A stretch of DNA of 64,000 bases from an uncultured bacterium. GTDB lineage: Bacteria > Pseudomonadota > Gammaproteobacteria > Pseudomonadales > JADFDG01. Shown piece after piece: positions 1 through 7,297 of this stretch. Within the stretch, counting starts at the first letter, position 1; the number at the start of each line of letters is the position of its first letter. A program made the translations under genes and the position numbers. The stretch spans positions 9,216-73,215 of the forward strand of contig CBDDRC010000043.1 of NCBI GenBank assembly GCA_965232985.1. Direction: 5' to 3'. The notes under the pieces are model-generated. The model saw nothing but the letters and a program-made list of their open reading frames with translations, made no database searches and was not told the origin of the DNA.

Positions 1-1
1 A

Positions 2-928
2 ACGATGAGTGCAATCCGGCTGGCGCGGGGCTTTACCGGCCGCGACCGTATCGTCAAGTTCGAAGGCTGCTACCACGGTCATGCCGACTCGCTGCTGGTA
101 AAAGCCGGTTCCGGGGCACTGACCCTTGGCGTGCCGAGTTCCGCCGGCGTACCGGCCGATCTCGCGCAGCACACCATCACCCTCGATTACAACGATGCGC
201 AGCAGGTGCGCGAATATTTTGCGCGCGAAGGCAACAAGGTTGCGGCGCTCATCGTCGAGCCAGTCGCCGGCAACATGAACTGCATTCCGCCGACAGCGGG
301 CTTTCTCGAGACGCTACGCGAGGTGTGTGATCGCAGCGGTACGGTGCTGATCTTCGACGAAGTCATGACGGGATTTCGCGTCGCTCTCGGCGGCGCGCAG
401 GCGCACTACAACATCAAGCCGGATCTTACCTGCCTGGGTAAGGTAATCGGTGCCGGATTACCGGTTGGCGCATTCGGCGGCCGGCGCGACATCATGGAAA
501 AAATTGCGCCGCTGGGCCCGGTTTACCAGGCCGGCACGCTCTCCGGAAATCCGTTGGCGATGGCTGCCGGGCTGGCGATGCTCGACGCAATCGAACAGCC
601 GGGCTTTTATGCCGGGCTGACGCGGCGCACCGCGGCGTTAATGGCCGGCTTGCGTGCCGAGGCGAAAAAAGCCGGGGTGCCATTGACCACCAACCAGGTC
701 GGCTCGATGTTCGGATTCTTTTTCACGACCGAACAACAAATTTCGCGCTTCGCTCAGGTGTCGCAGTGCGACATCGAACGCTTCAAACATTTCTTCCACC
801 TGATGCTCGCTGAAGGTGTCTACCTGGCACCGAGCGCCTATGAAGCAGGATTCATGTCCGGCGCACACACCGATGCTGATGTCACCGCCAGCGTGCAGGC
901 GGCCGGGCGCTGTTTCGCGCAGCTTTGA
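2..928 (+). CDS. hemL: glutamate-1-semialdehyde 2,1-aminomutase, C-terminal ~308 aa (5' end outside window)
   Basis: ORF 5..928 is collinear with HemL: [69 protein letters not shown]. The frame is open to the window edge. Confidence 0.93.
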   Translation, partial: TMSAIRLARGFTGRDRIVKFEGCYHGHADSLLVKAGSGALTLGVPSSAGVPADLAQHTITLDYNDAQQVREYFAREGNKVAALIVEPVAGNMNCIPPTAGFLETLREVCDRSGTVLIFDEVMTGFRVALGGAQAHYNIKPDLTCLGKVIGAGLPVGAFGGRRDIMEKIAPLGPVYQAGTLSGNPLAMAAGLAMLDAIEQPGFYAGLTRRTAALMAGLRAEAKKAGVPLTTNQVGSMFGFFFTTEQQISRFAQVSQCDIERFKHFFHLMLAEGVYLAPSAYEAGFMSGAHTDADVTASVQAAGRCFAQL

Positions 929-950
929 TCGCCGCAAGTGCTCGCCCGGT

Positions 951-3302
951 TCACTCGACCAGGCGACGAAAGAAACCCTTGACCCCCTCAACGGCTTCGA
1001 CCGTCGTCCCGCACAGCGTCGCCTTTTCCGGCACGGTGCCGGCAATCACCGGCACCCGCACCGCAGCGCCGCAACCTTCTGCAGCCCGGGCCTCGCCGCC
1101 AGGCACCAACCACGCCCACTCGACACCGGTCGGGGCAACCGGCGACAGCGCCATTTGCGGCAGGCGACCCGTGAAATCGGCCCAGACCCGCAGGGCCCCG
1201 GTTGCGCCCGACAGCGCTGTCGCCCGGTTGTCGTCATAACCAACCCAGGCGATAGCCAGATGGCTGCCGGTAAAACCGGCAAACCAACTGTCACGCGCGT
1301 TATCGGTCGTCCCGGTTTTGCCGGCGGCGTCGATTTCGCGCGACAACAGGTTGTAGACGCTGCGCGCCGTGCCGCGCCGCACGGTTTCCTGCATCGCATG
1401 CGTCAGCAGGAAGGCCGTCGCCGGCGACAGCACACGTTCGGTGCGCGTTTCCCGCACCAGCAATACGGTGCCATCGGCGGCCAGCACCCCGCGCACTGCG
1501 CGCGGACGAATGCGCAACCCGCCGGAAGCCAGCGGCTGATACATCCCCAGCACCTCCAAGGGCGACAGCGTGGCACTGCCAAGCAACAGCGCCGGATATG
1601 GCGGCAGTTCCGCGTCAACACCGAGCGTGCGGGCCTGGCGGATGACCGTCTCAATGCCAAGCTCAAGCCCCAGCCGCGCCGTTGCCTGATTCCAGGAATT
1701 GGCGAGCGCATCCACCAGCATCACCTGGTGATCCGGCGGGTTACCGTGACTGACATGATCGTAGTTGCCAGGTCGCCAGTCCGGGCTGCCCTTCACTTTC
1801 GCGCTGATCGGCGCGTCGCTGATGAAACTGGCCAGTGAATAACGCTGTGGCTGTTGCAGGGCGGCAAGAAATACCACCGGCTTCATTAGCGAACCGATGG
1901 TGCGCCGCGCATCGACAACGCGATTGAACCCGGCGAAATCGACATCGCGGCCACCAACCGCCGCCTCGATCTCGCCGGTCTGCGGCACCGATACCACCAG
2001 CGCGCCTTCAAGACCGGTCATTCCGTTGTCTTTTTCAATTTGCACCAGTGTTTGTGCAAGCGCCGCCTCGGCAGCCTGCTGCACACCAGGATCAAGCGCG
2101 GTAAATACCGCCAAACCGTCACCGGTCAATGCCTCATTGTCGAGCCGCGATTGCAGTTCCGCGCGCACGATGGCCATGTACGCCGGATAACGATTCAGAC
2201 GCAGACGCGGCGTCGGCACAATATTCAGCGGCAGATTTTTCGCAGTCTCGGCGCGCACTCGGTCAACGCCGCCGGTGGCAACCAGCGCATCAAGCACGGT
2301 GTTGCGTCGTTCGCGGGCACGCTCCGGATGCCGCCAGGGATTCAGTTGGCTGGGCCCTTTGATCAGCCCGACCAGCAAGGCAACCTCTTGCAGTTGCAAC
2401 TCCGCCACCGGCCGTCCGAAGTAGTACAGGCTGCCGAGCGCAAAACCATGCACGGCGCGCCGACCTGCTTGCCCGAGATAAATCTCGTTGCAGTAAGTCT
2501 CAAGAATCGTGTTCTTGTCGTAATGAACCTCGAGCAACACCGCCATGATCGCTTCGATCAGCTTGCGCGTCACCGTGCGCTCGTTGTCGAGATAAAAATT
2601 CTTCACCAGTTGCTGGGTGAGCGTGCTGCCGCCCTGCTGGACTTCGCCGGATTTCACATTCACCCACAAGGCGCGCAGCATGCCGCGCGGCGAAATGCCG
2701 ATGTGCTCGGGAAAATTCCGGTCCTCAACCGCCAGCAGCGTCTCAAGCAGAAAGGGCGGCCGCTCGCCGAGCCGCATTAGCACGCGATCCTCAGCGTCTT
2801 TCGGGCGAATGGTGCCGATCACGACCGGCTCCAGACGCAGCACGCGATCCGCCGCAGTCAGCCGTTCGATGCGTGCCGCAGAAAAAGCGATTGTCGCTTT
2901 CTGCGGGCGCGTCCGCCCTTCCGGAAAAGCAAACCCGCGCGCCACCAGCTGCACCGTCAAGCCATCGGCACTGATCGCGAATTCGCCCTGCGCTGCCGGC
3001 GCCGCAACTTCTCGATAACCGAGCTCACGCAGTTCGCCAAGCAATGCCGCCACAGTGAGTGGCCGGCCGGCGTAAAGATCAAGCGGACGGGCATAAACGC
3101 GCGCCGGCACCGTCCAGCGATGCGCATCGAAGGTGTTGGTCACTACCGCATCAAGGTAGGCGACATACAGTGCGCATATCGTCAATCCGGCGATCATTGC
3201 CCGGAGCAGGAAGCGGCGCACTGCAGGCCAGGGCCCACCGCGCAGGCGCTTACGGCGCCCGGCGACCGGGCCTGAGGAGTTATTGCGGGAAGGTTTCGAC
3301 AT
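951..3302 (-). CDS. mrcB: penicillin-binding protein 1B (bifunctional glycosyltransferase/transpeptidase)
   Basis: ORF 951..3788(-) was trimmed to the ATG at 3302 (MSKPSRNN...). It has a basic tail plus one TM, a UB2H-like insert, GT51 motifs (EDRNF, GGSTLTQQLVKN), and the transpeptidase motifs SLMK (SxxK) and KTGTT. The discarded upstream 162 codons overlap the divergent kinase gene. Confidence 0.85.
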   Translation of the reverse strand: MSKPSRNNSSGPVAGRRKRLRGGPWPAVRRFLLRAMIAGLTICALYVAYLDAVVTNTFDAHRWTVPARVYARPLDLYAGRPLTVAALLGELRELGYREVAAPAAQGEFAISADGLTVQLVARGFAFPEGRTRPQKATIAFSAARIERLTAADRVLRLEPVVIGTIRPKDAEDRVLMRLGERPPFLLETLLAVEDRNFPEHIGISPRGMLRALWVNVKSGEVQQGGSTLTQQLVKNFYLDNERTVTRKLIEAIMAVLLEVHYDKNTILETYCNEIYLGQAGRRAVHGFALGSLYYFGRPVAELQLQEVALLVGLIKGPSQLNPWRHPERARERRNTVLDALVATGGVDRVRAETAKNLPLNIVPTPRLRLNRYPAYMAIVRAELQSRLDNEALTGDGLAVFTALDPGVQQAAEAALAQTLVQIEKDNGMTGLEGALVVSVPQTGEIEAAVGGRDVDFAGFNRVVDARRTIGSLMKPVVFLAALQQPQRYSLASFISDAPISAKVKGSPDWRPGNYDHVSHGNPPDHQVMLVDALANSWNQATARLGLELGIETVIRQARTLGVDAELPPYPALLLGSATLSPLEVLGMYQPLASGGLRIRPRAVRGVLAADGTVLLVRETRTERVLSPATAFLLTHAMQETVRRGTARSVYNLLSREIDAAGKTGTTDNARDSWFAGFTGSHLAIAWVGYDDNRATALSGATGALRVWADFTGRLPQMALSPVAPTGVEWAWLVPGGEARAAEGCGAAVRVPVIAGTVPEKATLCGTTVEAVEGVKGFFRRLVE

Positions 3303-3395
3303 GGCGCGCGAGTATAGCCCGCGCGGTACGGCTAGAATGTGCGCCGCCGCAATCTGGCCTTTATGCCCAAACCGCCCTGCCACAGGAGACATCGG

Positions 3396-4397
3396 ATGGC
3401 CCGCTACGACATCTACGGTATGGGCAATGCCCTGCTGGATACCGAGGTTGAGGTCGATGACGCCTTCCTCGCCCGCATGGGCATTGAGAAGGGCATGATG
3501 ACGCTGGTTGATGCTGATCGTCAGCGCACATTGCTGAATGCACTCACCGCGCATAGCCCGGCACACAAACGCGCCAGCGGCGGTTCGGCAGCAAACTCCA
3601 TCATCGCTGCGCAGTATTTCGGCAGCCGCGCGTTTTTTTCCTGCCGCGTCGCACACGACGATGCCGGCGATTTCTATCTGAACGACATGGAAAAAGCCGG
3701 TGTCAGTGTCAACCGCAACGCGCGTGGCGCTGGCGTCACCGGCCGCTGCCTGGTGATGATCACGCCTGATGCCGAGCGCACCATGCACACATTTCTCGGT
3801 ATTTCCGAGACCCTCTCGCCCGTCGATCTCGACGACAACGCTATCCGCGATGCGCGCTGGACCTATCTCGAAGGCTATCTCGCATCATCGGCCACCGGCC
3901 GGGAAGCGGCGCTGCATGCCGGCCGGATTGCGCGTGCTGCCAGCCGCCAGGTCGCCATGACGTTCTCTGATCCGGCCATGGTGCAATATTTCCGCGACGG
4001 TCTGGCAACCATGCTCGGCGACGGCGTTGATCTGCTGTTCTGCAACCATGTTGAAGCGCAGGCATGGACGGGCACCACGACGATTGCGGATGCTGCCCGC
4101 CTGCTCAAAAGTATTGCACGGTCGTTCGTCATCACCTGCGGCGGCAAAGGCGCGCTGGCATTTGACGGCACCGACTTCCACGATATCGCCCCGACGCCGG
4201 TGCATGCCGTCGACACCAATGGCGCCGGCGATATGTTCGCCGGCGCGTTCCTGCACGGCCTGATCCACGGCATGGCATTCGGCGAAGCCGGGCGACTCGC
4301 CAGCGCAGCGGCGGCCAAAGTGGTGTCGAACTTTGGCCCGCGCCTGCACCCGATGGAGCACATCGAAGTGCTCGACGCTGTCCGGCGCAGCGCCTGA
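3396..4397 (+). CDS. PfkB-family carbohydrate/nucleoside kinase (adenosine-kinase-like)
   Basis: The ATG at 3396 is preceded by AGGAGA (3385-3390). The N-terminus is YDIYGMGNALLD and the PfkB signature DTNGAGDMFAGAFL lies near the C-terminus. Confidence 0.8.
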   Translation: MARYDIYGMGNALLDTEVEVDDAFLARMGIEKGMMTLVDADRQRTLLNALTAHSPAHKRASGGSAANSIIAAQYFGSRAFFSCRVAHDDAGDFYLNDMEKAGVSVNRNARGAGVTGRCLVMITPDAERTMHTFLGISETLSPVDLDDNAIRDARWTYLEGYLASSATGREAALHAGRIARAASRQVAMTFSDPAMVQYFRDGLATMLGDGVDLLFCNHVEAQAWTGTTTIADAARLLKSIARSFVITCGGKGALAFDGTDFHDIAPTPVHAVDTNGAGDMFAGAFLHGLIHGMAFGEAGRLASAAAAKVVSNFGPRLHPMEHIEVLDAVRRSA

Positions 4398-4433
4398 AAT
4401 GCTCGCCGTGTCCCCGAATAGAAGGAAGCCCTC

Positions 4434-4769
4434 ATGACCCTGCTCTGCCGCGTCGATGAGGTGCCCGAGGACACAGCGCGCGGCTTCACGTTCGGCGAAC
4501 ACGCGCTGATCGTGGTGCGGCATAACGGTCAGCTGCACGTCTATGTCAACTGGTGCCCGCACCTGGGCATCGAACTTAACTACCAGCCCGATGAGTTCTT
4601 CGACTACGACCACCATTTTCTGCAATGCGCCAACCACGGCGCACTGTTCGAGGTACACAACGGCCTGTGCATCATCGGGCCCTGCAAGGGCAGCTCGCTG
4701 AAGAAGGTCGGGTTCGCCATTGAGGGCGGCGAGATTCACGTGCACTCGGTGCCGATGCGCACCCGGTGA
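4434..4769 (+). CDS. small Rieske [2Fe-2S] domain protein
   Basis: CPHLG...CANHG (CxH-x-CxxH Rieske ligands). RBS GAAGGAAG lies 5 nt upstream of the ATG. Confidence 0.8.
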   Translation: MTLLCRVDEVPEDTARGFTFGEHALIVVRHNGQLHVYVNWCPHLGIELNYQPDEFFDYDHHFLQCANHGALFEVHNGLCIIGPCKGSSLKKVGFAIEGGEIHVHSVPMRTR

Positions 4770-5053
4770 GCATCGTGCCCGGCTTGTTGGCCGGCCCGGA
4801 TCATGTGTGACGCTGACGCTGCCCCTGCAACTGACTGACTGTATGAGTCTTCATAAGTCTTCGGAGCTCGCCGGCATCGCGACCCCGAGGTGTATGATGG
4901 CGCGCCTGCAGCAGCCATGCCCGGCGGCGACCATTGCGGGGCATGACAAACCACAGAGGACGGATTATTTTGTTGCGTCGATTTTCAGGGGTAAGTCGCG
5001 TATTGAGCGTTTTGCTCGGCGCCGACAACAGTGAATCAGAGGGGGAGTCCGAC

Positions 5054-6022
5054 ATGGCCAAGGCTGCCAAGCATAAGGGCAAGGGCGACAAAAAGAAGGA
5101 TGGCAAGCCGGCCAAAGTGCCCGCCAAAGCCAAAAAGGTTGTGCCGAAGGCTGCAAAGCCTGCGCCAAAGGCGCTCAAGCCTGTCAAAGCGCCAGCCAAA
5201 GCGGCAAAGCCTGCCGCCACCAAGCCGCTAAAAGCCATTAAGGCCAAAGCTGTGGCAAAAGCGCCCGCCAAGGGCCAGCCGGCAAAATCTGTCAAACCGG
5301 CAAGCAAGGCAAAAACCACCGCCAAGCCGTTAAAAAACGCCGCGCCGGCAAAGCCGGTTGCCGCCAAGACCACGCCCAAAACTCCGACGAAAGCCCCGGT
5401 GACGGCGCCCGCTAAAGTGCCACCGGCAACGGCTGCCAAGCCGGCTCCGGCCCGGATCGCTGCCGGCACCAAAGCCAGTGCACCCGCCAGGGTCGAGCCG
5501 CTACCAGCCGAAGTCCGCAAACTCGAGCCGAAAAAAGCACCCGTCGTGAAGCTGCAACCGGTCAAACCGATCAATCCGCTCGAACCGCCGGCCAACCCGA
5601 ACACCCTGATTCATGGCCAAAAGCCATACATCGCCCAGACCGGTGAGCAATACATGAGCGACGGTCAACTCGCTCATTTCCGGCGCATCCTCCACGCTTG
5701 GAAACAGGAACTGATGGAGGAAGTGGACCGGACTGTGCACCACATGCAGGACGAGTCCGCTAACCTGCCTGACCCGAACGATCGCGCTACCCAGGAAGAA
5801 GAATTCGCGCTCGAACTGCGTACCCGCGACCGTGAACGCAAGTTGATCAAAAAGATCGACAAGACCCTCACCATTATTGAAGACGGCGATTACGGCTACT
5901 GTCAGGCCTGCGGCATCGAGATCGGCATCCGCCGCCTGGAAGCGCGCCCCACGGCTGAACTTTGTATCGACTGTAAAACGCTTGCCGAGATCAAAGAAAA
6001 GCAGGTCGGCTCCGGCAGCTGA
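5054..6022 (+). CDS. dksA: RNA polymerase-binding factor DksA with a long Ala/Lys/Pro-rich N-terminal extension
   Basis: The C-terminal part is collinear with DksA: YMSDGQLAHFRRIL, DPNDRATQEEEFALELRTRDRERKLIKKI, and zinc finger CQAC-x17-CIDC. The ATG at 5054 is preceded by GAGGGGGAG. gluQ follows, as in enterobacteria and Pseudomonas. Confidence 0.85.
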   Translation: MAKAAKHKGKGDKKKDGKPAKVPAKAKKVVPKAAKPAPKALKPVKAPAKAAKPAATKPLKAIKAKAVAKAPAKGQPAKSVKPASKAKTTAKPLKNAAPAKPVAAKTTPKTPTKAPVTAPAKVPPATAAKPAPARIAAGTKASAPARVEPLPAEVRKLEPKKAPVVKLQPVKPINPLEPPANPNTLIHGQKPYIAQTGEQYMSDGQLAHFRRILHAWKQELMEEVDRTVHHMQDESANLPDPNDRATQEEEFALELRTRDRERKLIKKIDKTLTIIEDGDYGYCQACGIEIGIRRLEARPTAELCIDCKTLAEIKEKQVGSGS

Positions 6023-6048
6023 TTCCTGGCACGCTTTCCTTGACACAA

Positions 6049-6080
6049 GGGGCCGGGGAAAACCCGGCCTTCTGGTTTGT
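6049..6080 (+). terminator. possible partial intrinsic terminator between dksA and gluQ
   Basis: 7-bp GC stem GGCCGGG(6051-6057)/CCCGGCC(6063-6069) with loop GAAAA, followed by TTCTGGTTTGT. Confidence 0.45.
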
Positions 6081-6118
6081 GGACACCCTGCCTGCCCATT
6101 CCCAGCCCCTGACAAAAC

Positions 6119-7024
6119 ATGTACTGCGGCCGCTTCGCTCCCTCGCCTACCGGGCCACTCCACATCGGCTCACTGACTTGTGCGTTGGCAAGTTTTCTTG
6201 ATGCGCGTGCCGCAGGTGGCCGCTGGTTGGTACGTATCGAGGATCTCGATCCACCCCGCGAAAAACCCGGCGCCAGCGCCGGCATTCTGCGCACACTGGA
6301 AGACCATGGCTTGGCCTGGGACGGCGAAGTCGTGTACCAGAGCCGGCGGCACGCGTTGTACGAAGCCGCCCTTGTGCAGCTGGCCCGCGACGGGCACGCA
6401 TTCCGCTGCACGTTGTCGCGCACCCAACTCGATGCTCACGGCAGCAACCATCCCGGCCGCGCGCTCAGCGCGGCACTCTTCGAGCAGACGCTGCTCGACA
6501 AAACGCCGCCCGATGAGCCGCCCGGCTTTACTTGGCGGCTCGACGTACCGACGGCCGATATCCACTTCGTCGATCGCATCCAGGGCGCGCAGCACTGCAA
6601 CCTTGCGCGTGACGGCGGCCCCTTCGTGATCCGGCGCCGTGACGGGCTGTTCGCCTATCAACTGGCGGTTGTCGTTGACGATGCCGCGCAGGGCATCACC
6701 GACGTCGTGCGCGGTTCGGATCTGCTCGATTCGACCCCCCGGCAATTGTTGCTTCAGGAGCGCTTGGGCGTGGCAACTCCTCGCTATGCCCATATTCCGG
6801 TACTCGCTGATGCACAAGGCCAAAAGCTCGGCAAGCAGACGGAGGCTGCCCCGGTGACCGCAGCGCGACGGCTCGCCAACATGAATCTCGCCCTGCGCGC
6901 ACTCGGACAACCCGCGCAACCGGATGCCGACACGCCTGCCGAACTGCTGGCTGCCGCCATCACCCAGTGGTCAAGTGCCCGTATCCCCCACCGCATGGCC
7001 ATTGATCTGACCGCGCTCGCCTGA
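6119..7024 (+). CDS. gluQ: glutamyl-Q tRNA(Asp) synthetase (truncated GluRS paralogue)
   Basis: The N-terminus is GRFAPSPTGPLHIGSL (HIGH-type). It is ~300 aa with no anticodon-binding domain and sits immediately downstream of dksA. Confidence 0.88.
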   Translation: MYCGRFAPSPTGPLHIGSLTCALASFLDARAAGGRWLVRIEDLDPPREKPGASAGILRTLEDHGLAWDGEVVYQSRRHALYEAALVQLARDGHAFRCTLSRTQLDAHGSNHPGRALSAALFEQTLLDKTPPDEPPGFTWRLDVPTADIHFVDRIQGAQHCNLARDGGPFVIRRRDGLFAYQLAVVVDDAAQGITDVVRGSDLLDSTPRQLLLQERLGVATPRYAHIPVLADAQGQKLGKQTEAAPVTAARRLANMNLALRALGQPAQPDADTPAELLAAAITQWSSARIPHRMAIDLTALA

Positions 7025-7120
7025 GCCGGGCGGGCACGCCCGCCACATCATCTTTCGCCTTCACTTTCGCATTGCTCCACCGCTCCCGTATCCTCCGGTA
7101 ACCGATCCGGAATCCACGCC

Positions 7121-7297
7121 ATGTACACCGATCGCCTGCTGCTCCTGTTCATTCTCGGCGGCTACCTGCTGTCACCGGCGCTCATCGAGTGGTGGAGCGA
7201 CGGCGGCACCGCCTGGTACCGGCCCTATCTGATCTGGCTGGCCCTGATCATCTTCAGTTACTGGATCGGCAAGAGCCGCGACCTCGATGACGTTTGA
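7121..7297 (+). CDS. 58-codon hydrophobic small ORF overlapping the cbrA start (cbrX-like)
   Basis: Not in the ORF track (<60 aa). ATG 7121 to TGA 7295-7297 encodes MYTDRLLLLFILGGYLLSPALIEWWSDGGTAWYRPYLIWLALIIFSYWIGKSRDLDDV, with two predicted TM segments. It overlaps the cbrA ATG (7287) by 11 nt. No strong SD is present. Confidence 0.5.
   Translation: MYTDRLLLLFILGGYLLSPALIEWWSDGGTAWYRPYLIWLALIIFSYWIGKSRDLDDV

Noticed and set aside
3303-3788. A 162-codon N-terminal extension of the mrcB ORF.
   Set aside because: It overlaps the divergently transcribed kinase gene and its RBS. PBP1B homology (basic tail plus TM) begins at ATG 3302.
5066-5560. Short periodic GCC-AAA-GCN / AAG-CC repeats that superficially resemble an array.
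   Set aside because: They are codon-level repetition of Ala/Lys/Pro inside dksA. There are no spacer/repeat units of CRISPR size and no repeat palindromes.
4801-5604. A 267-aa minus-strand ORF rich in Gly/Ala/Leu/Phe.
   Set aside because: It is the antisense of the Ala/Lys/Pro-coding low-complexity part of dksA and is a compositional artefact.
6026-6043. A sigma54-like TGGCACGCTTTCCTTGA sequence just after the dksA stop.
   Set aside because: The -24 TGGCAC is present, but there is no GC dinucleotide at the -12 register (CCTT instead of TTGC). The location inside a terminator region also makes a promoter unlikely.
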